This document shows positions 37,136-51,130 of a stretch of 64,000 nt of DNA, piece by piece. Source of the DNA: Sphyrna mokarran (Eukaryota); contig JAGIQG010000010.1 of NCBI GenBank assembly GCA_024679065.1, positions 37,882,001-37,946,000 of the forward strand. Direction: 5' to 3'. How positions within the stretch are numbered: position 1 is the stretch's first letter; each line of letters opens with the position of its first letter. The notes beneath the pieces were generated by a model. The model was not told the origin of the DNA. It saw only the letters and a list, made by a program, of their open reading frames with translations, and did not search any database. The translations under genes and the position numbers were made by a program.

Positions 37136-39034
37136 TCCTAATTACACAGTGTACTGACATTTTGTAAGTCACGAATAAGGACATCTTAGTCATTCAGTTT
37201 TACAGCACACAAAGGGGCCCTTCAGCCCATCATGTCTATGCTGGCTATAAAACACTTATCTATTCTCATCTTATTTTCCAGCACTCAGTCCGCTGCCAAA
37301 TATGCTATTGCATTTCAAGTGTGGTAACCTTTGATGTGGCACCTTATCAAATGCCTTTGGAAAGTAAAATAGACTACAACTACTGATTCTTTTGTATCTA
37401 TCCTGCTTGTCAATTCTTCAAAGAATGGTAATACATTTATCAAACATTATTTTCCTTTCACAAAACTTTAGAAGTTTTTATTTTGCTAAAAGCACTATGT
37501 ACTTATTAGCTGCTGGCTTTTATCTTCTGTACATAATTTCAAATATCTGAATTATTATTAACCTTCCCTGTATATTATCTCTTTATTGAATTTTCCATCA
37601 AAAAATATCATCTGAGATAATTTTGCACTTCCTGTAAGAGATGCCATAATTGCGTGAGACTTTTGCATAATTGCATAGTTTAAAATAAGAATTGCGTAGT
37701 ACAAAAATGGGAAAAAATCCACAAGTTATTAAGCATAATTTGAAGCTTCAAGGTCCAAATAAAAATGCAAGGTATTTATAAATGAGGTCAATGAATCCTC
37801 TGCTGTCTTTTTAATAGCATAATCGACATCTCAAAGTAACTGCCGCAGTCTTGAAGAATTGTCTCAAGGTCCCAGATGACCTCAACCTTGGACTACGCTA
37901 ATATGATATTTGATTTATGCTCTCAAAATTCCTTTATGAGGATTATAGTTATTCATTTTCTCTTGGCATTGTCCAGTCCTATATGTTTGTTTTATATGAA
38001 GATATCTTTTTTATAGAAGAGGTGAAAGTTATCACTTTTATTCTTACGATTTAGCCATTGCATTTAAGAGCAATAGAGGTTGTGTGTGATGGTATATGTG
38101 CGATATTGATGAGTATAGACTGGAATCTTCAGCAAAATGGTATACTTTGACTGATGAGAGGAGGTGAATGATATGAAGAATTGCAGAACTGAGAAATGAT
38201 AGTGGCTACCCAAGACCTTAAGCATTTCTTTTTAAGTCAGAGCAACCCACTAATGGAAACAAGGTACATCAATCTGAGAAGAAATTAGACTACCTTGAGG
38301 TTATCATTAGCTATTTATGCCAGTTTATCTAGTGATACAATGTCAGGTTCTGTTAAAAGATAATGATCTCTGGGTTTCTACCTGTACTACACGAAAATTG
38401 GCAAAAGGTTAAGCAGATCAGAGAGTTGAATGAATGAGTCGAACAGTAATGTGGGAGGGAGAGGTTTCAAATCATGGCACACTAGCATTAGTACTTGGCA
38501 AATGGAATGGACTCCACTTAAACCCAGCTGGGACCAATATCCTGCCAAATCAAATAACTATAGTTGTGGATAGTGATTTCAACAGAAAAGGTGGGGCAAA
38601 GAGTCTAGGTGGGGAAAAATATATTACTTCATACAAAAGCTCATTGAGCAGAGTAACATTCTGGGTATAGATATGCAGAATGTGAAATGTAAAGATAAGT
38701 TTAACTGAAATAATGGAGCCATAATGCCAGATCAGATAATAATGGTAAAAATTACAGTAAAATATGATTTATCTCAACCCACAAAACATTCATAACAAAA
38801 TAAGTGAATGAATGGCGCAAACAGAGTTCAGTCAATTTCATCTATAACCGTTATAGGGATATTTACCAAACCTTCTACCTTCCCCTGTGGAATGTGGAGG
38901 CACATGGGCCTTTATCAGATGGGAGAAAGATGAGTGGGGAGCCTGATTCCTTTCTGCCTCTGCTTTAGTTAGATCTGTGGTAAAAAGGTCCATGGACAGC
39001 CTTCCTGCACTGCCACCAGTTGAGACCCTCTCAT

Positions 39035-39224
39035 AGGCAAGGGCCTCATCCTGCTGTCATTGGTATTAGCCGTATGGCAGTGGGACTCCACCATGTTGAG
39101 AAGGCAACCAGAAAACATATGCAAGATTACAATTTTGCGTAGGTTTTCTAGTAGTCTTCTCCACATGGTGGAGCCCCACCCCCATAGGGCTAATACCAAT
39201 GGCAGCAGAATGAGGCCCTTGCCT
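39035..39224. repeat. 190-bp palindrome (94-bp arms, 2-nt spacer)
   Basis: Arms align without gaps, about 13 mismatches by manual count. Confidence 0.95.
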
Positions 39225-39239
39225 TCCCACGTTCCTGGG

Positions 39240-39636
39240 AATTACTGCTTCAAATGCACACAGTGTGCAAGAGATTAGGCCGACAACCAATTTAAGATTC
39301 AGTACAGCTTGCAGTGTAATGCATTTGTGTGTACAGGAAGCTACATATATTAACAAAGACCTGGTCTTTCCAGATACAAGGAACACATTCACACATTACA
39401 CATGTTTCAGCTAAGTAAAATAAGTGACAACTATTTGCCAACTTATTCCACGGGACAATTCCTTGATTTCCTGATTTTAATTTTTAAATAGTATTTAGCA
39501 GTTAACTATCAGTCACCTGGTGCATTCTCCATCACAACACATCTCCAATCAGAGTCTACTTGCCACCCAATCAGCACTTGCTTCTCATACAGTGTAAATT
39601 GTTGTTTGCTCCTTATCTGTATTCTCACTGAGTGTC
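39240..39636 (+). mobile_element. Penelope-like remnant (GIY-YIG end plus terminal repeat), continuing at 41986-42050
   Basis: HLCVQEATYIN...KEHIHTLHMF; continuation CTGATGAgtgtaaggtGAAA. Confidence 0.7.
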
Positions 39637-41985
39637 ATAGAACAGAGAACAGTGCGGCGCAAACAGGCTCTTCAGCCCACAAGTTGCGTCAATCAGATCC
39701 ATACCTCCCAGGCCATAGAACTATCTGTAACTCCCAAACCCATTACATCCCATGTACTCATCCAGAAGTCTTTTAAAAGACTCCAGCAAGGTCGCCTCTA
39801 CCACCACCGACAGCCGATTCCACTCACTCACCATCCTCTGAGCGAAGGACTTACCCCTAATATTTCCTCTGTACTTGCTCCCAGCACATTAAACCTATGT
39901 CCCCTCATAGTGACCATTTCAGCCCTGGGAAATAGCCTCTGAGAATCCATCCTATTTATGCCTCTCAACATTTTGTAAACCCCTATCAGGTCACCTCTCA
40001 ACCTTCGTCTCTCCAGGGAGAAGAGACCTCGCTCCCTCAACCTATCTTCATAAGGCATTACTCCCAATGCAGGCAACATCCTTGTAAATCTCCTTTGCAT
40101 CCTCTCAATAGCTTCCACATCCTTCCTGTAGTGAGGCGACCAGAACTGCACACATTATTCCAAATGGGATCTGACAAGAGTTTTATAAATTTGCAGCATT
40201 ACCTCCCGAATCCTAAACTCAATCCCTCGATTAATGAAGGCCAGTACACCATATGCCTTCTTAACCACAACCTCCATTTGCGAGGCCGATTTAAGAGTCC
40301 TATGGACTCAGACCCCAAGTCCTTCTGCTCCTCAACACTGTTAAGACTCCTACCATAGATATTGTAGTCCTTCATCCCATTGGTCGTGCCAAAATGGACC
40401 ACTACACATTTATCCATGTTGAAGTCCATCTGCCACTTCTCCATCCAGTTTTGCATCCTATCTATGTCACACTGCAACTTCTGACAACCGTCCAGGCTTT
40501 CCACAATACCACCAATCATCGTATCATCAGCAAACTTACTAACCCATCCCTCCACTTCCTCATCCAAGTCATTTATGAAAATGACAAACAGCAAGTGTCC
40601 CTGGAGCACTCCACTGGTGACCAACCTCCATACAAAATAAGACCCATCCACAACCACTCTCTGCCTTCGACAGGCAAGCCAGTTCCGGATCCACAAGGCC
40701 AAAGCCCCTTGGATCCCATGCTGTGTCACCTTCTTAAGAAACCTTGAATGGGGGACCTTATCAAATGCCTTGCTGAAGTCCATGTAAACCACATCCACCA
40801 CTCTTTCTTTGTCAGTGTGTTCAGTCACATTTTCAAAGAACTAGGCTCGTAAGGCACGACCTGCCCTTAACAAAGCCATGTTGACTATTTCTGATCATAC
40901 TAAGCTTCTCTACATGCTCATAAATCCTGTCCCTCAGAATCCTCTCCTACAACTTACCAACCACTGAGGTCAAACTCACTGGTTGGTAATTTCCCAGGCT
41001 ATCCCTGTTCCCTTCCTTGAAAATAAGAACCACATCCACAATCCTCCAATCATCTGGAATCTCTACTGTCTCCATCGACGATGCAAAGATCATTGCCAGG
41101 GGTTCTGCAATCACTTCTTTCACCTCCGACAATAACCTAGGGTACATCCAATCCGGTCCTGGTAACTTATCTATCTTGATAGAATTTAAAAGTTCCAACA
41201 CATTGTCTTTCTTAACGTTCACATACTCAATCTTTTCAGTCCACCGCAAACCTGCAGTACAACCTCGCAGATCACTTTCCATCATGAATGTCGAGGCAAA
41301 CTACTCATTAAGCACCTCTGCCATTTCTTCCGGTTCCACACAGACTTTTCCCCCTTCACCTTTTGTAAGTCCTACCCCTTTACTTCTGATCCTTTTACTC
41401 TTCACATATTTGTAGAACACCTTGGGATTCTCCTTAATTTTACCCACCAAGGCCTTCTCATGATCCCTTCTGGCTCTCCTCATTTCCTTTTTAAGCTCCT
41501 TTCTACAAACCTTATACTTCCTTAAATCCTTATCACCTCGTAACTCTCTGCACCTTTTGTACATTTCTCTTTTCTTCCTGACTAAGTTCATTACGTCCTT
41601 CATGCACTACGGTTTCCATGACCTACCAAAACTTCCTTGTCTCATCGGAACGTTGCTGTGCAGAACTCCAGATAAACATTCCTTAAAAATCTGCCACCTT
41701 CAGTACTTTTCCCCAAGAATACCTCCTTCCAGTTTACTCGTCTAATTTTCTGCCTGATGTCCTTATATTTCCCCTTATTCCAGATAAACACATTCCTAGC
41801 CGGCCTGATCCTATCTCTTTCCAATACTATCGTGAAGGAGATAGAATTATGATTGCCATCCCTAGACGCTTTCCCACCGAGAGATCCGACACCTATCCTG
41901 GTTCATTAGCCAGCACCAGGTCAAGTACAGCCTCTCCTCTCGTAGGTTTATCCACATGTTGTGTCAGGAAACCCTCCTGAACACA
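39637..41985 (-). mobile_element. CR1 LINE (end of endonuclease through RT), about 2.35 kb
   Basis: ORFs with IKENPKVFYKYV, PGPD, YQPVSLTS, DFSKAFDKVPH, FADDT. Confidence 0.96.
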
Positions 41986-42159
41986 TCCTGATGAGTGTAA
42001 GGTGAAAAGCTTTGACTCATCTCTTTTCCAATACCAGGTTCAGTACAGCTAAACCTTAAAATAAGAGAATCTTGTAACAAATGCATATGATAGTTGTAAG
42101 AGACTTTTGTTGAAAACCTCTATCCATGATCACGGCTAGGATTCCCTGATGCCCCTGAA

Positions 42160-45100
42160 CAAGAAACAAAGAACAATACAGCACAGGAACAGCCTGCATT
42201 GATCATTTGTTCCTAACTAGACCATCTGTTTGTATCCCTCTATTCCCAGTCTTTTATGTGGTTATCTAGACAAGCCTTAAATGATCCTCGTGCATCTGCC
42301 TCAACTACTTGCTTGGCAGCACATTCCAGGCCACCACCATCCTCTGTGTAAAATATATCGCCCGCATATCTGTATTGAACATTGCTCCCCTTACCTTGAA
42401 CATGTGACCCCTTGTGTTTATCATTTCTCACCTGAGAGAAAGGGTGAACAATTGGAAGCTATCTATGCCCTTCATAATCTTTAAACCTATATTAGGTCAT
42501 CCCTCAACCTCTGTCTTTCCAGTAAAATCAACCCTAGTTTACTCAATCTCATCTCATAGTTAAGATCCTCCATACCAGGCAACATCCTAATAAACGTTTT
42601 TTTCACTTTGTCCAAAGCCTCCACGTCCTTCTGGTACTGTGGCAAACAGAACTGGATGCAGTATTCCTAATGTGGCCTAAACAATGTTCTATGTAACTGC
42701 AACACCATATGCCAACTTTTATACTCAAAGCCCTGTCCAATAAAGGCAACATGCCACATGCCTTCTTCATCACCTTTTCCACCTGTGTTGCCACCCAGAT
42801 CCCTCTATGTATCTATACACCTGATACTTCTGCCATTTATTATATAAGTCCCCCTGTATTAGCTCTACCACTTTGGATTTATCTAGATTAAATTTCATCT
42901 GCCATTTCTCCACCCAATGTTTCAGCATATCTATATCCTGCTGTATTCTCTGACAATGTTCATCACTATTCACAACTCCAGCAATCTTCATGTCATCCAC
43001 AAACTTATTAATCAGACCAGCTACATCTTCTTCCAAATCATTTATATATAATCACAAACGACATAGATCCCAGTACAGAGCCCTGCGGAACACCACTAGT
43101 CACAGATGTTCAATCAGAAAAAAGACCCTTCCACTGCTACCCTGTGTCTTCTATGGCCAAGCCAGTTCTGTTCCCATCTAGCCAGTTCACCTTTAATCCC
43201 ATGAGATTTAAACTTTTGTACCAACCTGCCATGAGGGATGTTGTCAAATGTTTTACTAAAATCCATGTAGATAACATCACAGCCTTTCCCTTGTCAACCA
43301 TATTTTGTCACCTTCTTAAAAAACTCGACCAAATTTGTGAGGTAACAACTCCCTCGTACAAAACCATGTTGTCTATCACTAATGAGACTATTCAGTTCTA
43401 AATGTGTATAGATCCTATCTCTAAGAATCTTCTGCAACAATTTCCTTACAATGGACATTTCATTTGTTGTTCATTTCAGTAAAGAGCAAGGAAATTTTCC
43501 CCAACTTATATTTTTCAACCAACATTACTACAACACAATTATCCCTTCATTTCTCTCATTGCTGTTTATGACACCACGGTGCACAACTTGCCTGTCCCAA
43601 TTTCTAATGTGACTATGTTGAAAAATATAATACATTGGGTTTGAAGTATGTTGAGACATCAAGCTCACTGGCCTATAATAACCTGGGTTATCCTTGCAAC
43701 CCTTCTTAAATAACAGGACCACATTTGCTATTCTCCAATCATCCAGGATCTCACCTGTGTCCAATGAAGAAATAAAAATTTCTGTTAGAGGCCCAACAAT
43801 TTCATTTCTTGTCTCTCTAAGTAATCTGGGACAGATGCCATCTGGCCCTGGGGATTTGTCTAATTTAATGCTTCCTAAACAACCTAACATTTCCTCCCTT
43901 GTAATTGTGATTTGTTCTATGGGTCTACTCTGAGACACTACCAATCAACATGTCCCTCTCATTTGTGAATACTGATGCAAAGTATTCATTTAGGATCTCA
44001 CCTACTTCCTTTGGTTCTAAGCATAATTCCCCTCCTTTTGCTCTTGAGAGGTCTGATTCTTTCTCTGACAATCTTCTTGTCCCTAATGTATGTATAAAAT
44101 GCCTTGGGATTCTCCTTAATCCTGTCTGCCAAGGACATTTCGTGATCTCTTTTTGCTCTTCTAACTCCTGTTTGAGTTCTTTTCTACTTTCTCTGTATTT
44201 CTCCAGTGCTTAATTTGTTTTTACCTGCCCGGGCTTTACATATGCCTCTCTTTTTTTTGATTAGACTCACAATTTCTCTGGTTGTCTATGGCTCTCGAAT
44301 TCTACCTTACCTGTCCTAACCTGCACTCTTATCAACTGCTCCTTAAAAGCCAGATGTGGACTTACCTTTGAACAGGCTTTCCCAATCAACAGCCACCAAA
44401 TCCTGCCTAGTTTGGCTGTAGTTAGCCTGCCCCCAGTTCAGCACCTTACTCATAGGACAACACTTATCCTTTTCCACGACTATTCGAAAATTTACAGAAT
44501 TGTGGTCACTGAAACTCTGATGACCTGACAAGGCTCATTTCCCAGTACTACGTCCAATGTAGCCCCCTAGTTGGATTTTAAACATATTGTTCCAAGGAAG
44601 CTTCCTGAACACATTTTATAAATTCCTCCTGGACCAGACCCCCAGCTCTAAGGGATTTCCAGTCTACATGAGGGAAATTAAAATCTCTTACTACAACAAC
44701 TCTGTTTTTCTACACATGTCCAGAATCTCTTTACATATCCATTCTCCAACTTCCCATGCGCTGGTGGGAGGGCTGGAGTATATCCCCAGCATAGTGACTG
44801 CGCCTTCCTGGTCCTGAGCTCTACCCACAGTGTCTCATTACATGATCCTTCCAAGTTGTCCACCTTCTGTGCAGCTGTAACATGCTCACTAACCAGTATT
44901 GCTACTCCCCCACCTCTTCTAGCCCCGCCTCTGTCTCGCCTAAAACACTCATATCCCAGAATATTCAGCTGCCAATCCTGTCCTTTTAATCAAGTCTCTG
45001 TCACTGCAACCACATCCAAGTTCCGTGGATGCATTAAGGCTCTAAGTTCATCTGTCTTGCCTGTTACACTCCTTGCATTTAAGCAGATGCAATCCAGACT

Positions 45101-45320
45101 GCCAGACCCACTAAGTTCATCCTCTCCCAGATTGCTCTTCCTCTTTGATAGCCTTGTCTTGGCCCTATGCTCGGCCCCAGTCTCTATGCTTGCTGACCTG
45201 TTGTTCTGATTCCCACCGCCCTGCTACATTAGTTTAAATCCATCCGAACTAGTAAACTTCCCAGTCAGGTTATTGGTGCCCCTCCAGTTCAGGTATGATC
45301 TGTCCTTTTTATACGTGTCC
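42160..45320 (-). mobile_element. CR1 LINE with near-complete degenerate ORF2 (APE plus RT)
   Basis: ETLWVEL, SDHNSV, KSPGPD, YRPVSL, FVDD motifs; extends into the ORF1 3' end. Confidence 0.93.
43459..43654 (+). repeat. Insert within CR1 that resembles 47467-47640
   Basis: Flanked by gacat/gacat; shares long runs with 47467-47640. Confidence 0.85.
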
Positions 45321-45439
45321 TATTCTCTGTTTGGGTTGGAATGCCAAATTCTCCATTGTCACTTGCAGCAGGAGAGCCACGGACAAGATCGAAGAATTCT
45401 ACCCTTAAGTCTTCCTATTGACCAGAACAAATAAATCAG

Positions 45440-46080
45440 TAAAAACAGTCTGCTTTCAATACAATTTTCTAAAGCAATGCATTGTGGAATCAGTCAGGGA
45501 AGAATATATTTTAGATCTCGTTTTGTGTAATGGAAGAGGGTTAATTAGTAATCTCATAGTAAGAGGACTTCTGGGAAAGAGTGAATGTAATACGGTAGAA
45601 TTCCTCATTGAATTTGAGAATGACATATACAAGCCTAAAACTAGAACATTGAATAAAAACTATTACCTAGATATGTGAGCAGATTGGCTAAGGTACATAG
45701 GGAAATTATACGACAGCAGATGAGCAATAGTGAACATTCAAAGAAAAATTTCATAATTCTCAACAAATCTACTTTACAACTAGAAATAAAAACTCCACAG
45801 GGAAAGTGGCCCATATATGGCTAACCAAAGAAGTTGAAAAGTATTTAATTAAAAAAAAAGAGCCTATAATATTGCTCAGAAAAATAGTAAGTCTGAAGAC
45901 AGGAAAACCTTTAGATACGATGCCTCAAACTAGCTGGAAATATAAAAACAATTGTGAGAGCTTCTACAGGATTGGAAAAAGTAAGAAAATAGCGAAAGCT
46001 AAACTCACATCCTCCCTTGGAGGATGAGTCAGGTGAAATTTTCATGAGCAACAAAGAAAGATCAGTTACATTAACGTACA
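45440..46080 (+). mobile_element. Old CR1 endonuclease-to-RT linker fragment
   Basis: ILDLVLCN...LGKSECNTVEF motif. Confidence 0.75.
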
Positions 46081-46920
46081 TTAATGTCCTAGGGTTCCAA
46101 GGAGGGGGGGGCAGAGATGGCAGATGGGCTGCAGACATGATTGAAACTTTAAGGGGTCTAAAATCAATGTTAAGGATTCCCAGGACACTCCCTCCTGACT
46201 ATAATCACTGTGCAATCACTTCTACCAGGCCTGTCTTGCTGGTGATACAAGGCATAGCAAGTGGATACAATGCATACCCAGGGATTGCAACAATGTTTGG
46301 GATATTGCCTAGACAGTATGATTCCTTGTGTATGACTATGTCGGGCTGTTTCTTGACTATTCTGTGTTACAGCTCTCCCAATTTTGGCACAATCCCTAGA
46401 TATTAGTGAGGAGCACTTTGCAGGGTCAGCCAGGCTGAATTTGTCATCGTCATTTCTGGAGCCTGGATTGAAGTCAGATGATCTGTTCAGTTTCATTCGT
46501 TTGAGACTTTCAACTGTTTGATACAATTGAGTGGCTTCAGAGGGCATTTAATAATTTGATTTCAAAGGGCATTTAAGAGTCAACATTGCTGTGAATCTGA
46601 AATCACGTGTAGGGCAGAGCAGGTAAGGATAACAGATTTCTTTCCCTAAAGGGGCACTGGTGAACCAGATGTTTTCTAATGACTCTGGTTTCATGGTCCC
46701 CACTAGACTTTTAATTACAGATAAGTTCCATCCTTTGCCTTGGAAAATATAGATACATCTTATTATTCCATTATTATTGATGGATTAAAATTGTTCAGTT
46801 CCCTAATCAGCCGTGCTTGGGAAATATCTTCACTAACTGCATTGCAACATTTCAAGAAGATGGTTCACTACCAACTGCTTCAGAGTAATTAGGCATAGAT
46901 AATAAATGCTGGTCAAAAAC
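46080..46920. mobile_element. Mosaic of second-family LINE and SINE fragments
   Basis: Minus-strand endonuclease-like 5' part, SINE body about 46560-46730, plus-strand tail aattaggcatagataataaatgctgg. Confidence 0.55.
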
Positions 46921-47339
46921 AAATGAAATACAATAGAAAGTAGAGAGTGGTTATTAGTGCTTTATTGCAGACAATCTATCTTGATAATCCTTCATTGTGA
47001 AATGGCGGACCGGTCAGAGATTTTGCTTGTTTGTTGATCCTTGTATTTTGGAATAAGCCTTGACAATAGCAGTTGTGCAATTCAACAGAAAAATGTTGGT
47101 TAGGTACGTCCATTCAAGGGAGACCCCTACCCATTATAATCTAATTTGGAACTACCTGAAAGCTTGCTACACTGTTGATGTGGCAAAAGGCAGAATGTTC
47201 CTCAGTTATTTTAAAAAGAAAAAAAATTCTTTAAAACAATGTAATATCTTTGTGCCTACACTGGCGCTATTCTTGCCTCTTCACAGGGTCCTGTAGCCAG
47301 TATTTTTCTTTCAATCAAAGGGATTTATCAACTATTTAA

Positions 47340-47660
47340 ACACAATTTCATGAATACCTTTTCAATGCAATGCTGAGTTAGTGTTTCAATGTTCGGGTGC
47401 TATCTTTCAACCTGATGTTAAACCAAATCATATTCCCCCTTGGTTGGTTGAAAACAATGCATTGTCCATTTCAGTAAAGAGCAAGGAAATTTTCCCCAAC
47501 TTAATATTTCTCAACCAACATTACTACAACACAATTATTCCTTCATTTCTCTCATTGCTGTTTGTGGCACCATACTGCACAACTTTCCTGCCCCCGTTTC
47601 TAATGTTGAAAAAAAATACATTGGGTGTGACACATGTTGGGCCAACTTGAGGTCTTGGAA
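47340..47660 (+). mobile_element. Ancient Deu-domain SINE
   Basis: gtgtttcaatgttcgggtgctatctttcaacctgatgttaaacc Deu core. Confidence 0.6.
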
Positions 47661-48289
47661 GTTCTTACATTCTGGGTTTCTGGCACTGATAGAACTCATT
47701 CATTTCTGACCTTTGCCTCAGTTTCAAATTTGCTCCTTTTTTTTACCTTCTGCACTCCAAAACCAACCATTTCTAGCCAAAAAATTTTGAGGAGAATCAT
47801 CTACAGTATTTGATTGTGTGGGAGCTGACATTAGAGCAGCTTGGAGGCATTTCAGTTGGCTAAAGTTACATACTGTTGCATTCTCAGCACGGAATACTTT
47901 TTCTCATGATAAAATACCTTCAGGATGGCCTGATGCATCAGGTTCCATTTAAAATCATTGGAGCTGCTCAAGGATGCTCACCAATTCCCCAAAACATCTC
48001 TCACAGTTGTGTTGAGGAACAGAAGCTGGTTTCCACTGTGCTGAAAATGAGATTACAGAGTTCAGAATTTCTTCTGATATGCAGCATTTTATGGAGAAAG
48101 TGCACAAGCCTGCCTTAAGGTGATAATAAATTATGTATCTCTAATACAAGTGTAGTTGGAATAATATTTTCCCTTGAACATGACAGAGAAAAATCTAATT
48201 GTATATACAATTGTTAGAACTGGCTGCAAATATTTTGTCATGCATTTAAATTGGCAGAAGTTGTCAGTTCATTTTGCAGATTCTTTTGA

Positions 48290-51130
48290 ACAGAGGCTAT
48301 AGTTAGTTTTGTAGATAATTCAGCTGCATTTTGCAATTGTATAAGGAGATTGTGAGTAGAAAGATTGCAGCATTATATTCTAGAAAATAAAGTAGTTCCT
48401 GCATTACTCAGCTCCACTGTCAATAAAACTTTTAATTTACTCCAGAGACTGATCAGCCGAAGAAACCCAGTAGCAAAATATACCAGGAATTAACCAAGGT
48501 CTTAGAAGACCCAAACCATTAATTATTGAGGGATGTTTTAAATTCCAAAAGAGAAATCAACTAGAAGGAGAAAATATAGCACAATTTGTAGCAATCCTGA
48601 AACATCTCATGGAACAGTGTGAATTTGGTCAATCTCCAGACAATATGATCAGAGACTGTCTGTCTGGTTTGTGAACCAAAGAATGAGGCTGTGTAGCAGA
48701 CAATGAGGGTAGAATTAAGTGCAACTAGCAGAGCTGCCATTTCATGAGTTTTCCAGCTCACTTTGACCATTCTTGGCGAGACAAGATAAAGTTGAGCTGA
48801 TGTATTATGAACATGTTAGTTGATTCTGAAATAGACCTATGAAACATCTTGAAGAAATACAGTAGTGCACTTGAAGAGACCCAAGGATCTTGGAAAGGAA
48901 TATATATGACACAAAATGGTCAGCCTAAGTGCCTCAAGGATGGAACAATGTCCTACACCATATGTCCAAAGGTTAAATCTGAATTAGTGAGACTTGTAGA
49001 TACAGGAGTTTTAGAAACCTTCACTACTAGTGACTGAGCAACAGCAATTGTGCCTGCAATGAAGCAGGATAGAATTCTATGTATTTGCAGAGATTTCAAA
49101 GCACAATCAACCCAGCTCTGAGTGCAGATCAACACAGACAACCTTTGATTGAGGATTTGTTTGCCAGCCCAGCACGAGAACAGAAATACAGCAAAATCAA
49201 TCTATTGCAGGCTTACCTGCAAAAAAACATTGCAGTTGAATCTCAATGTCGGTTCACCATCTGAACAAACAAAGGCCTATTCTGCCGTAAGAGATTACTG
49301 TTTGGGATAACTTCAGCACCAGTTTTATTCCATGGACCAAATCTTGAGTGGTCGAGAAGGGATACAATGTCACATAGACAACATATTGATCACTGGTACC
49401 AAAGAATAGGAACTTTCAATAACCTAGAAGCCACATTGAAATACCCTGAGATGCATGGTCTTCATGTCAGGAAAGGTAAGTGTCACTTCTTTCAACACCA
49501 TGCAATTTTTATGCCTTCTCGTTGATAGCAAGGATTTCCACAAGAGAACAAGGAAGATGAAGGTTATTTTGGAGGCCCCATGCCAAACAAGTGTAGCATA
49601 GCTAAGATCATATCTAAAATTAATTAGTGATGATGGCAAATTTGTTTCAAATTCAGCTACCCTACTTAAACCATTGGATGATTTGTTGTACGCAAAACAA
49701 GACACCATAGATTGAGAAATCATATCAACTGATTAAAGAAGCCTTGAAGAAGGGAGAAAAGTTGATATATTTCAACCCAATGTTACCACTGCAATTTGTC
49801 TGTGATGTATTGCCGTATGGAGTTGGAATGGTGTTATTGTTTGATGAAAGGCCAATAACTTTTACATTGCTCATCTTGTCAAGTCAAATCACTCCCAATT
49901 AGTGCATTGTCATGATTATCTTTGCTTACTGGTCAAGAATCACCCAGTAATGTTTCCAATATCTTCCTTTCTCCACAGATAGAACACATCCCAGTGACTG
50001 CTTCTCCAGGCCAATGAAAGGCCAGAAATGATCCTGGATTGGGGCAGGTAGTGGAAATGGTGATAAAAGGGAGGATAGCCATTTATTTCCAGAAAACTCA
50101 AAAGTTGACAGTACAGGACAGATACTTGTTGTGGTGGATGAGGGTCTTAGGTTCTCCAAGCTTGCTACCAAGAATATTGGAACAATTACATGAAGGATAT
50201 CCAGATATAATTTTAATAAATGAACTTGTGCTGAGTCACTTATGGTGGCATAGACTAGATGCCCAGATCAAGGGAAAAAGCAGGATTTTTGCCAGTTGTG
50301 TGCATGAATAGGAAATGCATCACTGTTGTCCCCATTACATCCTTGGAAATGGCCTAAAATACTTTAGCAATGTTAATACATCGAATTTGCAGGTCAATAT
50401 AAGGGGCATATGTTCATGGTTGTCATTGATGAAGTTGTCCTAATGAAATCAACAACTGTGAAACCAACCATCAAAAAAACTTGCTGAGATTTTTAGCAGA
50501 TTTGCGAAACCAGAACAAATCATGAGGTGATAATGAATCACAATTCATGGCTCATAGGGATATAAGAATTAGAAACAAGAGCAGGCAATTCAGCCCTTTG
50601 AGCCTGCTCTACCATTTTATGTGATTATGACTGATATCCATCTCCATTCTAACTCCATTTCCCTGCCTTTTCCCCATAGTCCTTTGTCCGCTTTTGATCA
50701 AATATTTACCTACTTTTCTTGAATCCGTTGATTGATTCTGTATCCACTGCATTCTGGGCACAAGAGTTTTGAAGATTATCTGAAAATGAGCAGTATCCAA
50801 CTCATAAAATCAGCACCTTACCACCATCAACAAATGGATTAGTTAACACTTTGTCCAGTTCTTAAAGAAATCACTAAAAAACTCTCAGAGTCAAGGTTCA
50901 TTAAATCGCCATCTAATGCAGCTACTTGGCAATGTATCACAGCACTATACATGTGGACAACTCAGAGTTCCCCAGCTTTGTTACCATTGAAGAGAAAGCT
51001 GAGAAACATCTGTGATCTACTCCTACTGCAGAAGACATCTGCACTGTCTGCAAAGTAATTTTTCTGACCATTATACCATATATGGGTGAAGCAGAAACGT
51101 GCAGTGCAGACAATCCAGACTAAATCCTAT
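48290..51130 (+). mobile_element. Decayed Gypsy LTR retrotransposon (gag-pol)
   Basis: RT motifs TAIVP, INPAL, PLIEDLFA, INLLQAYLQ, LFGITSAP, HIDNILITG; integrase LEQLHEGYP...WWHRLDAQI; possible LTR near 48290-48440. Confidence 0.85.
50560..50775 (-). mobile_element. CR1 3' fragment inserted in Gypsy integrase
   Basis: ataagaattagaaacaagagcaggcaattcagccc tail. Confidence 0.75.
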
